From Batkoa obscura (taxonomy: Eukaryota): DNA of 64,000 nucleotides. A program made the translations under genes and the position numbers. Below the pieces are notes generated by a model. That model searched no databases. It was not told where the DNA came from and saw nothing but the letters and a program-made list of their open reading frames with translations. Below are positions 1-13,671 of this stretch, in pieces. Location of the stretch: NCBI GenBank assembly GCA_030770535.1, contig JASVEC010000015.1:496001-560000 (forward strand). The letters run 5' to 3'. Positions within the stretch are counted from its first letter, which is position 1, and the number at the start of each line of letters is the position of its first letter.

Positions 1-1113
1 GTTAGAACTTTATGGTAATAAACAGAATAATGATATTGAGGATGGAACTAAACAAATATTAGAAGGTATGGATAGAAAGGATGGGAAGAGTATTTAAGTG
101 AAGATTATAAGTTATAATTTGGAAATAATGAGAGTAAAAGGATCATATTAAATCACAATATTGTTAAGGAGATTGAAACTGATGATATAGATGAACAAGA
201 AACGTTCTCAAGTGACAATTATAAAGAAAATTTAATTCAAAAAGAAAATGAGGATATGAGGTTTTTTGATTCATTTTTAATTAGAGATAATCATTCCAAA
301 GATAGTTATTTTGAAAATGAAGAAGATAAACGATTCCTTGAATCAATAACTCAGAATAAAAACATAAAACATGAATCAGAAGAAAAAGAAATGAAAAATG
401 GTATTCTGGCCCTTATAAATTTACCTGAGGTGAGAAACCCAGAAGGTTATTTTATTGAAACGAAACTATCAAAATAATGATAATCAATATACTAAAGATA
501 GAATGTCATTGAATTTGATTAAGAAAAACAATAGAAATAAGAATAGGGAGAGTTATTGTAGGAGTGATAAGGGTACAAGTGCATCTATCAACCAAAAGCT
601 TGGTTCAATTAAAGATCAAAATTACAATCATAATATACCTTATCCAAATAAAAGAATATCAATTAATCAAAGGCTGACCTATAATAATAGTTCCAAGAGG
701 ATCCCTATTCATTAACGTTTGGGTTATAAAAAAACAAAATGTGAAAAAGATTTAAATTTAACAACATAAAAAGTATTATTGCAATGAAGTATGATAAAGA
801 AAAGAAAGAAGCAGAAAAATAATTGGATTAAAATTTAAGAACAAAGTTTAAAAGAATAGGAAGAAAACGACTTAAAATTGAATTATAGAGGTTTTAATAC
901 ATATTTAAGCACTTGGGAGCAGAGCACTTCAATAAATATAAATGAAGATACTCTTAAGAATTTTGAAGTAGATCGGGTTGAAAGTGATAAAGGATCAATC
1001 AAAGAGAGTGAGGCAGTAAAGGAAAGTGGATAGGAAGTGGCTGATTATAAGGAGGCTGAAGGTGATAAAGAGATAATGGCTGATCGTGATATACAAGAAA
1101 AAGTTATAAAATG
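1..1113 (+). pseudogene. Decayed coding-like sequence (E/K/N/D-rich), interrupted by stops and frameshifts; 5' end outside window
   Basis: Purine-rich, codon-like segments in changing frames (2-97, 118-477, 455-715, ~960-1113 with an internal TAG). No recognisable domain. Confidence 0.35.
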
Positions 1114-1377
1114 AGCCCCAGTTAAATTATTTGTATATAGACATATATATTACTGTTACAACATTTGAAAAACTTATTTGTATTTGCTTAAGAAATAAAG
1201 TTATAATTTAAATGATTAGTATTTTGTAATAAATCATCATTTAATATTGATATTTTTTAATTTATTGAATTTCAAAAATTGATTGGTTGAAATTGGAATC
1301 ATTTAAAATAAATGCCAAATTTTAAAAGCATTAATTCAAAACATCAACTAATTTTGAATTTTATTTTATTACTAATC

Positions 1378-3730
1378 ATGAATTATAAAATAGTCTTATA
1401 TTTACAATTAACTTATTTGCAATTAACCATTAGTCAACAGGTAACTCTCCTTCTACTATTATGTAACCACTAACACTTCCTAGACATCAACTGTGATAAA
1501 AGATTTAGCTTCATTAACCAAACCAATTAAAAGTACAATAAATTATTTAAAAAATTGGGACTCAATACTCCCTTCCTTTGAAGAATATATTAAAAAAATC
1601 ACAGATATAACTTCCGATTTTAAAACCAAACCAAACACATCCAAAGAGTCTTCAACAACTGGTGGAGATAAACAAAATATTCATGAATTATATATTGGTT
1701 ATTCGTATAAAGGACCTAAAGATCGATTTAATTATGCATCAAAAGATTGTGCAGCGAATATAATGTCTACGAATCCTTCTTCACGTAATCCAAGTGCTAT
1801 CTTAGACAAGAATAAAGATCGCTATCTATTAGATAAATGCTCCAGTGAAAGATATATAGTTGTAGAATTATGTCAAGAAATAGAAATACAGACTTTATTA
1901 TTAGCTAATTTTGAATTTTTTTCATCTACATTTAAACGATTTGATTTATATGCTTCAGATGCTTACCCACCCCAAAAAGAAGGTTGGTATTTTGCCGGTT
2001 CTTTTGAAGCCTTAAATATTAAAAACTTTCAGGTAAAAAAATATATAATAAAATATAATAAGTTAAATCAATCAAATTAATTAATTGATTTCTATTTCCA
2101 AATTTAGGCATTTGATGTTAATGTTAAAGGTTATATGAAATACCTTAAAATTGAATTCAAATCTCATTATGGTAATGAATATTATTGTCCTATATCCGAA
2201 ATCAAAGTATTTGGACCTACTATGTCTACTATTTTAGCTGGATTTTTAAATAATCCAGAAGAACCAGAAACCCAGTTAATAAAAAAAGAAAACTTTGAGG
2301 CAGTATCTATGGAAGATGAGGGAATTAAGGATAATGAAGAAGAAATTGAAGACATTAAAGAAAACAAAGAAGAGGAAATAAAGGTAATTGAAAATGAGAG
2401 TAAAGGTACTAAAAAAAAATCTGAAATATTTGAGAACCAACAAAACAATATCTCACAATTTATAGAAAGTCCCCATTTGACCACTAGTTTTAATAATTTA
2501 CCAATAATACCTACTAGCAGTACTCAATGTTGTAAAAAAAAATTAGTTCATTTGTTTAATTTTGAGCCTAAAATAAGTTATGCCGTAACCCCTTATGATA
2601 AATATCAATTGAAACAATTGTTCAAGTTAGAATATTGTAAAGCTATTTTAAGTTATACTGATAGTTTAAAATTAAATCATAATATGGTAAAAACAAAATT
2701 TAAAAAAGAAAGTAATACTGAAGAGGAATTCAAAACTATGAGCAGTTTAACAACAGAGAGTAAGTTTCAAGATATATTAACAGAAATGAGTGAAAGTGAA
2801 GATAATATAAAACAACCGGAACCTACGGATGGCGAAAATATAAACAACAATAATGGTAACAATAATAACAATAAAAACAATAATAATAATGGACCTGAAA
2901 ATGTATTCCGAGCATTAAATCGACGTTTGATAAACCTTGAATCAAATTATCAATTATTACAAGCGTATATTGATAACCAAGCAACAACATTTAATAATTT
3001 ATTTATGGAAATTGATCAGCATCAATTAACTCAATTTCAATTAGGGTTTAAAGAATTAAATACATTGATTTATTTACAATTTCAACAAATTAAAGTCAAA
3101 CAGGAAGAATTATGGGAGAAGATGGGAGATCAAGTAGAAAATATAGGCAATAAAAGAAAACTCGAAATTAATATATTAGAAAAAAAATTCAATGTATTGA
3201 AAAATGAAGTGAAATTTGGTAAAAGGTTACAATTAGCTCAATTAGCTGTATTATTTATTGTTGTGTTGGTACTATTGTTAGCTAAATTGTATAACTCTTC
3301 AATTAATCAATTAGATATTAGAAACAATACAAATAATAATACTTTATGGTGGCAATTAACACCACCAAATTCAGCTACTGGATTACAGTTTGAAGAAGAA
3401 GTAAGAAATTTGAATTTTGATGAAAATGAATTGAATAATATCAACAACGAAGAAGACGTTAATAATCTAATACAAACACTTGAAAATCAAGAACACAATA
3501 ATAATAATGAAAACAGTAATGAAAATAATAATAATGAAAATGAATTTTATTTAAATAATTATCCATCACCTGAGACATCGGAAATTTCAATAGATAGAAT
3601 ACCTACTCCTCATCCAAAATATTTAGATTTACAATTAAATTCATTAAATAATTCACCCATAAATTATACTATCAATGAAGAAAATGAAGATATAGATGAA
3701 GTAGATTATTTTGATTTAAATAAAGAATAA
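1378..3730 (+). CDS. SLP1: Mid-SUN (Sad1/UNC) domain ER membrane protein, Slp1/SUCO-like
   Basis: ATG 1378 with a hydrophobic N-terminus. Introns 1441-1483 and 2033-2107 join the ORFs in frame. Motifs RFNYASKDCAA, ANFEFFSS, SHYGNEYYCPISEIKVFG, then a coiled coil and a TM helix. Confidence 0.88.
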
Positions 3731-3808
3731 AATTATTAATAACAGTAGTAATAATAAATAGAATATAATTTTAATTTGGATAAGTAATAATAATAGGAAT
3801 AATACAAT

Positions 3809-6128
3809 TTAATTTTTAGATTGAAATTGAATGGGATCTAAAGATATAGGGAACATTTTTAATACTGAAAAGATATCATTGGCTAATACAAATCGATCAG
3901 CACCTTCCATCAATATTTTATAGACTCCTTTCATTATTTTGATGATTTTACTAATTAATAATAAATCCATATTATCTTCTTTTATTTCTTCGATTAGATT
4001 CTTTCTCTCTTTATTATTGTGCTGATTATATTGTGTATTTTGTTGCTGTTTATTATTATTACTTTGATTATCATTATTACTTCTATAGGGTCTTTCTAAA
4101 TAGTAATGTAAAGTTAAATAGAAATTAAATAACCACCACCATTTATAAGGTACCCCAATATGAAAAAAATCAAATCTTCTTTCAATTATATAATAACAAC
4201 CTAAATAAGAAGCAATTAATGGTTTTAGACAATTTGGTAATTGAAGAAATTCATTAATAGGATAACTTTCTGGTTCATTAATAGCTTTATAAAATAATTC
4301 CATATCTTTAAAATGAAATGGTAAATCTAATATAAAATGAGGTCGATATAATTCTACTAATAAATAAATATAATGTAAAGATCCAAGGAAAGCATACATA
4401 TCTTTACGATGTGGTATTATTATTGAATTTTTTTCTGCTTTAGGTACTCTTCGTTGTCTTAAAGGATGATGAGATAAATACCAATTATGTAATTTCTTTT
4501 CTAATACTTTTGTTTCTATTAGAAATTGATTATACAATGGCAATTTTAATACACTTTTAGATAAATTCCAACCCAAAGGCATTAAAGTGCAATTAGCTAA
4601 TGAAAATGGCTTAAATTTATCTTTATAATTTAAATGAATAGCTAGCATTTTATAAGCAATTTTAAAAAACAAAATTCTCGCTTCAATAGCTTTAACTCTT
4701 CTTAACGGGGATGGGGATTCTGGCCATAACGGATTAAACCATTGTTCACTACTATCTAATATTTCATTCAGTTGAGGCATATTAATAAACAATTGATTCA
4801 ATGCAATCATTTGATTTTTTCCAACACATAATCGAAATAACACATCATTACAAAATAAAGACCACATTGTTCTTCTTCTTAATTCTTGTAAATATGAAGG
4901 TAAATGAGGACTTGGTAAATGTAATCCAATATTTATAGCCATTTTAATAGCTAAACTATGATATGTCCATCCATATTGTGCTGTATTATCATCTAATATA
5001 GTAGATGGATAATGAGACATAATAATTAAACCCTGTATTGTTGATAAACTTGGTTTTAGATAGATTGGTTTTAACAATGTTATTGAATTTTTAGCAAATA
5101 ATAAACCTAATCTTGGTATATATGACTTAATATTGAAATATCCGCTAGCAGTTAATAATACACTTGAAAATAAAAACTGAATTGAAGAATTCATTTTGTT
5201 TTTCATCCAGTAATCGAATACTTTACGATTTAATAAAGAATATCCTGAATTGAAATGATAAAAATAAGATTCAATTAATTGATATATCATTTCATTAGAT
5301 AATAAACTAAATAAATTAATGTTTTGATGATTGTTTAATATTGAATCCATTTTTAAAAACTTTTTAATCTTTTTACTAGAATAGAATAAATTGTCTATTT
5401 TACTTTCATATTCTGGATTATTAATTAATATTAATAATGTACGTAAAGCATGTGGATTAGATGATAATGCATAAGATGCTGGACTATTTCCAAAGAATAC
5501 CCCTTCTCCATTATCACTTAATATAACGGTTGATTTACCTAAAGAGTAATTGGAAAATTGAAAAAAAAAGCGTTCATTTTTTGGCATTGGATTTAATACT
5601 TTATATAATGTAAGTTGCTTTTTTGGTAAATTTAATTCTCCTCTTTTACTTGTTATTGTTATTGAATGTCCATTCTAAATAATAATGATAATAAATTATA
5701 TAATATATAAATAAAATTTAATTTATTAACACAAGTTCTTTTTTCTTACCTTAATACTCTTCATCCTTTTTCCAACTCCCTCATTTTCATTTCCTTCTTT
5801 TTTATTTCGACTATTTATTGGTCTTCCAATATGATACCTTTGTCCTTCAGCTCGAAAATAAGTACATGCTATTTTTCCTTTACTACAGTTGCCACAATTA
5901 GGTAATATTTTATCACACTTCACTTTACGTGAATAACACATATCACATGCTCTTCCTCTTTTTTCTCGATTACTTGTTACAGCAAAAGGTAATATAACAT
6001 CATAGTTTTGAATGGGTTTGGGAAGCTATAAAAAAATTAAAGTTAATATGAGAAAAGGTAACGAGATTGTGGAATGTTCCATATTGTATAAAATAAGAGT
6101 ATCAATAGTTAATATTTACTTTATCCAT
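3809..6128 (-). CDS. Zn(II)2Cys6 fungal transcription factor with Fungal_trans middle-homology domain
   Basis: ACDMCYSRKVKCDKILPNCGNCSKGKIAC cluster. Intron 5675-5749 joins it in frame to the 592-aa ORF (AINIGLH, ELRRRTMWSLF). Putative first exon ATG GAT AAA (6128-6120) and intron 6026-6119. Confidence 0.88.
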
Positions 6129-6573
6129 TTAGTTAGTTAACTTTTATGTTATTTATAGATGATCTATTTTATATTCCACCTTTCAAAACAAACACAAATA
6201 GTTCCACTTTTAAATAATTAAAAAAGTAAACATTAAAAAATTAATAAATTCAAATCAACTCCGAATTTCTAAATTTTACTTGTTAAGATTGGTTGCATTT
6301 AAGATGCTTTTACTATATTTTAATTTGCTATTAATTTATTTTACATTAGATTTATTAAGCTTATATAATGTTCTATTTATATATTCTTTATAAAAGAAAT
6401 TAATGACAAATTAAAATAAAGTAAAGACACCTAAATGCAACTAATTTTAAGAATAGAAATTATTACAATTGATTGTAATATTTATAAAAATTACTAAGTT
6501 GGAAATAATCAAGATTTCAGGGATAAGGAGGATAAGAGAATAAAAATACTTTTTAACATTGAAGATTTTACTA

Positions 6574-6727
6574 CACTAGGAGAGGTCTCAGATAGTTAAA
6601 TTACTCTCGAAACTTGATTTATTTAACAATAAAGCACAAAAATTTATTTACTTTATTAAAAAAATCTCATCGTATTCTACTAAATAAAATAGGTTTTATG
6701 ATTAACTATCTGAGATCTTTCTTGATG
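6574..6727. mobile_element. 154-bp MITE with ~26-bp TIRs flanked by TA (Tc1/mariner-like)
   Basis: Left end cactaggagaggtctcagatagttaa vs reverse complement of right end catcaagaaagatctcagatagttaa (inner 14 bp identical). TA on both sides. Confidence 0.65.
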
Positions 6728-7329
6728 TAATAGTTTCTATATGGACATACCTTGTATTTGATGATTTTATCTAGTAATTTTTCTATTCAATAGTACTCAA
6801 AAAGTGGAAAATCTAATGAAACTATAAAACAAATATTAATATAATTAATTTATCGATTGAAAACCTCAAAGTAAAAAAATATAATATAAAAATACTTTTA
6901 TTTACTATCTCTTTGTTATATTGTCTCTTACTACTGCTATCGATGTAAGTCTCAATATAATAAATAAACTCAACAATTTCAATAAAACAAACTTAAAGAA
7001 TATTTCTTATATTCCTTATTCTGTAGAATTAATTCTTAATCTCATTCATTTAAATTCAATTTTAACTTGACTAAATAGGTATTGATTAAATAAGATAACC
7101 ATAATGTATATTAACAACACAATAGAATAAAATGTAGACAATAACAATAATACAAGGTAAGTAATAACATAATATAGTGCTAAAAAAAGCTATTAATATA
7201 AAAGGCCTAAAAAACACATTTACTAGATATAAAAAAAAGCATTATAATAAAAAAAAATAATATCATCCCCTTTACACCACTCAAATATCTTCCATAAACA
7301 AATAAAAAATAGCACTCTCTCTTATCTTC

Positions 7330-8220
7330 TTAATGTAACTCATAAGTATCAAATCTAGGCAAAGCAGGAGGGAAATAAACGGCAATAAGTTCATTATAAA
7401 TATCCTTATCTAACTCCAAAAAAGTACAAAATACCACTCTCTTTACACAACTTTCAGGATGTTGTCTTAGCCATTCGCTTACCGTTTTTAACGCTACATG
7501 TGCCGCTGCTGGGTTTGGATACCTTTTAACCCCTGTGGAAATACAAGGGAAAGCAATGGATTTCCCTATTGGTTTTAATTTATCCAATTGATCTAGACAT
7601 TTCCAATAACATTGTTTTAATAGCCGCTCATTTTCGCTTGATGGTCCAACAGTATGTAATACAAATTTACATGGTAATCTATAACCTTTAGTTACACAAA
7701 TATCACCTGCTCCACATCCACCAATTTTTCGACATTCAGCTATAAGATCCGGTCCACCAGCGGTTATTATAGCTCGAGTGACACCAGAGCCATGTAAAAT
7801 TTCAAAGGTTGTAGCGTTAACAATACAATCAATCCGGAGTTTTGTAATATCTCCTTGCCATATGGATACCTTAGAATTGATTTCAAAATCGGGTTCATAA
7901 ACAATAGTTTTTGGTAGTAGGATAGGATAGTTGGTTTGATTGGAATTGGAATTCATGGTGGTACGTCTTGGTCTTGTGAGCATCCTTGCTGTGGTAGGTA
8001 ATAATGAATGTCGCTGGGAAAATATTGTTTCCTCTTCTTCTTCATCTGTATCGATTACAATCGGATAATTTAAAGTAGTGGGCTGAGACAATGAAGAATC
8101 ATTATCATTTGATAAACAGCAAAATTGAGCTTTGAAATTATCGTGATGATAATCAAAACTTAAGGAATTGTTACCCCAATTAGGTATTTCATTAAAATTT
8201 ACTATGCTTGTTGGAGTCAT
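7330..8220 (-). CDS. MacroD-type macrodomain protein with degenerate active-site motifs
   Basis: KVSIWQGDITKL, GYRLPCKFVLHTVGP, SIAFPCISTG and IYNELIAVYFP align with MacroD1/2. Low-complexity N-terminal extension. Confidence 0.85.
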   Translation of the reverse strand: MTPTSIVNFNEIPNWGNNSLSFDYHHDNFKAQFCCLSNDNDSSLSQPTTLNYPIVIDTDEEEEETIFSQRHSLLPTTARMLTRPRRTTMNSNSNQTNYPILLPKTIVYEPDFEINSKVSIWQGDITKLRIDCIVNATTFEILHGSGVTRAIITAGGPDLIAECRKIGGCGAGDICVTKGYRLPCKFVLHTVGPSSENERLLKQCYWKCLDQLDKLKPIGKSIAFPCISTGVKRYPNPAAAHVALKTVSEWLRQHPESCVKRVVFCTFLELDKDIYNELIAVYFPPALPRFDTYELH

Positions 8221-10393
8221 CTTTAAAACTAAAGTGATAAATTTGAAATAAGATAGTTATTTTGAAAATAAAATGATTTTAATTTATTGACGATTGGTTA
8301 GTGTGAATATTTGTTTTTAGAAAAAAGTAGTCACTTTTATTGATTTTTTTGGACTAAGCTGATAGAAGCGAATTAAAAAGTGAGAATAAGGAAAGGATAT
8401 GATTTTATTGATTAAATTTTAAGACCAAATTGTAACAAAAATTAAAAACTTAGAACTTGCATTGAAGTTTTCAGCTGACATTATAAGGATAATACTGTCA
8501 AAAATCGAACTGGAATTTCAAGATATAGCATATTAATATTTGATACAAGAATTAATAATAATTAATATGCTTAATATCTATTGTTTTCAAAATCTGGTCT
8601 TCTCGACTTTAAAAAATCCCATACTCAACTTTATTACATATGGATATTCTGATCTAATTTGTGAAAAAATATATAAGCAACTAGTCGAACTTAAAGCATT
8701 TATCATTATTGGATAAATTAGCACTTTTTACCAATACTTTCTATCCAAAATCTCCCCACTTACTTCTATTACTCTTATTAATGTTTTATTTCACTTAAAA
8801 ATAGAAATAAAGTTAAAAATATACCAAATAATAACAAAAATAGCCTTAGTTAGACTTTAAAATGTATTTTCCCTTCATCTTTTCTTAATTAATAAGGTAG
8901 TTCTATTCAACTTAGACGTAGTATTTGTATCCATTAGCTTATAAAGTGTGAAGCTATTTAAGTAAAAATTAATGAATTAAATGTTTTCATATTTTATTAT
9001 AATATAAATTATTTTGAAACTCGTGTTATCAGTGTAAAAAGAATATACTGTTATAGCTGATTTCAGTCATTTTTATACTTATTATTATTTTTTAATTAAC
9101 ATCACTAAACCTTTGGTTGTTATTCTACTTATTGTTTCCAATATCAATTTATATGATTTAATCCTGTCTTTTAAGATATGAAACTTATTTAGTTATTGAA
9201 ATTGGTCAAACAAATGCATATGGGGCTTATATGGAGTGCTGTAAAGTAACTAATTTTAACAATGGTATTGAAAAATATAACCTTTTTGTAAATATCGCTA
9301 ATAGATGGCGTATTATCACTGATAAACATATACTCACCAGATAGAGTAGCGTTATATTATATAATATTAGATATGGAAATACTAATACCATATAATTTAA
9401 TAAAAAATTACTACTAAACAAGTCTAAAAATGATAGACTGTAAATTAATGAGTATAAAATACCTTCTGGGAGGTATAACCGTTTTTTAGCTAAAGATTAT
9501 GTCTATAAAACTCTACATTTATTAATGATCATTTACATTTGATATATATGATTCTTTTTTGGTCATGATGGGCTTGGAGGTATACTTAATAAATCCATCT
9601 ATCTCCTTTGTATATTTTCTGCTATGACTTTTCTCTATCAGAAGCATTAAGTTTCCATATATTTCTCTTAATGAATAAGTCTTGTTTTAACACTTAATAA
9701 ACATTTTTTAAAATACCCGCTGTTTGGTTACTTTTTGTTACAATTATAGTACAGTATTCTTGAATATTATATCACGTTCTAAGTTTACTGTAAAAGAAAT
9801 TATATCTCATTTTCGATCTTCTATTAAATCAAAATAGTTAATTATTATTTACCTACTCATGTACAGAAAAGCGTCGAATAAATGACAAATTATTCATAGT
9901 AAAAGTTACTTAATATTTATTTAAAAACACATTATAAGTAAATTAAATATAACCAACTTACAGCGTTATCTCTTATTGTACCATTACACTCTAATGTTAC
10001 TTATTTTTATAAAATATATTAAAACCTAAAAAATGGAATATTATTCTAAAAAAAGATTCAGTGATTAACATAACAATAGTTTAACAGGCTTTTGTTATGA
10101 TGAATCTAGACTACTTGGTTATCTGCGATTTAGTTGTCACTATGTTATTTATTCAGATCATTATATTTATTCCTAATTTAAATCACTGTTCTATGTTTTC
10201 TATTTCTTTTTTAATACTTCTAATTCAAAAAGATGCTTCTTGTATAATACTTGTAATTACAATATATTGAATATCCGAAAACAATAAAAACATTTTTTTC
10301 GTAAAAAACAATTAATCAGTTAATCAATAAAAGTTACCAAAAAAGCCTATTCATTCGCAAATAACTCTAAAATATAAATGAAAAAAGAAATGT

Positions 10394-10657
10394 CTATTTA
10401 TTTTTAGTTTGGCGATATTTGAAAGGTTTGCGAGTTGGAATAAACTCACCAAGTTTATGACCTACCATTTCTTCTGATACTGAAATAGGGATATAGTTTT
10501 TACCATTATGAACTAAAAATTTAGCACCAACAAAGGAGGGAATAATGGTACATGACCTTGCATTTGTTTTAATAGGTTGATTTTCCATGATCGCTTTCTT
10601 TAAATGCGGAAATGCTACAAAAAATGCTCCTTTCCATCCAGATCTACCGCCACCCAT
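10394..10657 (-). CDS. RSM19: Mitochondrial small-subunit ribosomal protein S19
   Basis: [40 protein letters not shown]. Confidence 0.93.
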   Translation of the reverse strand: MGGGRSGWKGAFFVAFPHLKKAIMENQPIKTNARSCTIIPSFVGAKFLVHNGKNYIPISVSEEMVGHKLGEFIPTRKPFKYRQTKNK

Positions 10658-10808
10658 TTTGATATTTTCTAATTGATTTAGTTAAAGTGGTAAACAACTT
10701 GGGATCAGTTTTCGACTTGAATCCAAGTTTCAAATGCAAAATTTATGCAAATTTTAGATTTTGGAAGGTTAAAGTCAAAGTTCAAATTGATTTCAAGTTT
10801 TATTCATA

Positions 10809-11574
10809 ATGTCAACTGGAATTAGTATCAAAAGACTAACAGAAGAACGTAAAAGTTGGAGAAAAGATCATCCGCATGTAAGCAATAAAATTCCGATTTA
10901 TAAAAAAAGTTACATTTTTTAAGGGATTTTATGCTAGACCAACAAAGAAAGCAGATGGTACTTTGGATCTTATGAAATGGAATTGTGGTATTCCGGGGAA
11001 AAAAGGGGTAAAATGACAGTATTTTTTGAAGGATAATAAAAATAACTTTTCTAGTCCGATTGGGAAAACGGGATTTATAAATTAGACATTATATTTACAA
11101 ATGGTAAGCAAATAGTTTATATGAATTTAAAATTACTAACTCTTATTTAGAATATCCTAACAAACCACCTAAATGTAAGTTATAAAGTTATTCTCGATTG
11201 ATCATAATTAATAAAATATGCTAGGTGTATTCACTCCACCTTTATTCCATCCAAATGTGTATCCTTCTGGAACTGTATGTTTATCTATAATTAATGAAGA
11301 GCAAGATTGGAAACCATCAATTACAGTTAAACAAGTAAATATTATTAAAAGCTTTATTTATAAATTCTGACTTTCAAAGATCCTTATTGGTATACAGGAT
11401 CTCTTAAGCGATCCTAACCCAGCTTCTCCAGCTCAAGAAGATGCTTTTAGATTATTTAAGTAAGATAATTTTATGACTTTTCTCTTATTTGGTGATTAAA
11501 TTTTTATTAGAACGGATAGAGCAGCTTATATAAAAAGAGTTCGTCAACAAGCAAGAGAGAATGGCTTTGAATAA
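10809..11574 (+). CDS. UBC9: SUMO-conjugating enzyme E2, 7 exons (absent from ORF track)
   Basis: Spliced product [29 protein letters not shown]...[16 protein letters not shown]...[13 protein letters not shown] introns 10878-10923, 11008-11054, 11104-11150, 11175-11224, 11335-11379, 11460-11510. Confidence 0.95.
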
Positions 11575-12250
11575 AATAAAATTGTAGTTTTATATATTAT
11601 TACAAACCTATTCAAGTTTATTAATAGGTATTGTTGACTTATAATGATAAATTGAGAATGATCATAACAATTCAGTGCTTTAGAATAGAGCCATATATGT
11701 TATTGATTTTTTATACTTATGCGTTTTAGTTAAAGATGCCATTGTAGTTTATAGCTTATAAGTGAAGCTATTCTAAGCTAGGATAGTTTTTCAATATTAT
11801 CGAGTTCAAATATGAATTTTCATCCCTATATTACCGTTTTTTCTCTTAGTTATTGTTTTAACAAAATTTCAACCTAATGTATGTTTGCGATTATAGTTGA
11901 GCACAAATTTACCTAAATAGATTATTTATATTTATATATTTTTATAACTATGGTTATTGTTATATTGCTATATATAATATTCATTATAGAGAAAAAGGTT
12001 GATTAGCATTTAACAACAATTGTACATATTTTATGCTAATTATATTTGGAGTTAGTAGTACAAAAACCAATCCACTAAAATTCTTTAGATTGTAAGAAGA
12101 TTAATTTACAATATTAAGTAAACTTAAATAGATAATGATATACCTTTATAAATTACTTTAATATATCCTTGTATTTAAATTAAAAGACAGTCACGCTTTA
12201 TTTAAATAAAGTAATATGGAATTAGTTTATCGCTTTCAAGATTCGCGATC

Positions 12251-12764
12251 CTAATCAAGAGCATTATACCATCCAGATTTGGTTACCTTATCAGTATTCG
12301 AATCAACTTTAAAGTAAACATAGTCATGTTTTCCTCTCCATTCATAAATTAAGTAGTATTGATCACCAGCAGTATTACTGTCATAACCATCAGCACCCAT
12401 GAAAGGCCCAAGATTTGGCATAACTGGGGCCATTTGTCCACCAGCAATTCTTCCGTGGTCTCTGTTTCCCTGAGCCTCTTCTTCTCTGGCTAATTCTGGA
12501 ATATGAATTTCTTTCCTGTCTGGTTCACCTAGTGCTTTTAAAATATCAACAGCGTTTTGACCAGGTTTTCCATAATGTTCTTGAATGTTCTATTTATTAG
12601 TCTTTTTTTTCAAAAAAAGTATACTTATTTTATACCTTCAAAGCTTCGTGCTTAGCTTCCCCAAAGCTATCAACCTTAGGATTATGGTCACCGCCTCTAA
12701 AATGGCCTTGAATTCCTTTTAAACTTAAGTATGTTTCAACAGATTGATTAATATTAGCAGACAT
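12251..12764 (-). CDS. Hypothetical ~155-aa protein, 2 exons
   Basis: ATG 12764. Intron 12590-12635 joins the two ORF-track pieces in frame (…KHEALK|NIQEHYGKPG…LGEPD…YLIYEWRGKHDYVYF…). Higher GC than flanks. Confidence 0.8.
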
Positions 12765-13094
12765 GTTTAACTTGTTTGATTCCTTAAAACTTTCTTTTAT
12801 AATCCTCTTTGTTATGACGTATCGTTTAGTAATTTTGATGTTTTTAATGTTTGGAAAATACGATTTTTGTCTTAGTTTTTTCATTCCATCCCAAAAATAG
12901 CTTTTTAGTCACTACGCACTAAATTTGGTCCAATGACTATGCTTTAAAATAGAAAATGATTTAATAATGACATCATTATCGACCATTAGTAAGAATGTTA
13001 GTAAATTATTGGTTAAGGAAGAGCTAGACAAAGTTAGTAAAGATTATAAAAGGGAGAGGAATTTTAAGTGACTGTTTAGTAAAACTTAATCAAA

Positions 13095-13514
13095 ATGCCT
13101 AGAAAATCACGTTCATCACCAAATCGTACTCAAACTCGTCGTTCATCAACTGCTGCAGCCTCTGCTCCAAGATCAAATGCACCACCTATGTCTCCTCAAG
13201 CATCTGCACAATCTCAACCTCGTCAACCTGGTTTATTTGCTCAGATGGCTTCAACCGCTGCTGGTGTAGCTGTAGGTAGCTCTATTGGACATAGTATAGG
13301 TAACTTATTTGGAGGAAGCAGCGAGCCAGCCCCAGCTGAGCCTCAACAAGCACATTATAACCAGTCTAATGAAACTTATGGCGGAGGCTCATGTCAAAAC
13401 GAACTAAAACAATTTACAAATTGTATGGAGCAAAGTGGTAATGATATTTCCGTCTGTCAATATTATCTTGATATGCTAAAAGCATGTAACTCAGTTGGTA
13501 ATCAAAGAATGTAA
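13095..13514 (+). CDS. MIX17: Mitochondrial IMS CHCH protein (CHCHD2/10 family)
   Basis: PGLFAQMASTAAGVAVGSSIGH plus C-terminal twin CX9C. Confidence 0.95.
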   Translation: MPRKSRSSPNRTQTRRSSTAAASAPRSNAPPMSPQASAQSQPRQPGLFAQMASTAAGVAVGSSIGHSIGNLFGGSSEPAPAEPQQAHYNQSNETYGGGSCQNELKQFTNCMEQSGNDISVCQYYLDMLKACNSVGNQRM

Positions 13515-13671
13515 TCTTTATTTAAATAAATTATTAGAAATAAATATAAGCTATTATAAACTAATAGATAAACAATTAGATATAAGTTTTTCGATATAAG
13601 CTTTATTACAATTATTTAATGACTAATTTTACACTTAAAAACTTATTTCAAATGAATACACTTAACCTACT

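Noticed and set aside
2182..2484. Antisense or alternate-frame shadow ORFs (also 13775, 18515, 18800, 26005, 26289, 29053, 30330, 31521, 33478, 34149, 34770, 40082)
   Set aside because: They overlap well-supported genes and have no independent motifs.
9227..9421. 64-aa hydrophobic ORF
   Set aside because: Non-ATG start, composition typical of AT-rich noncoding DNA, no motif.
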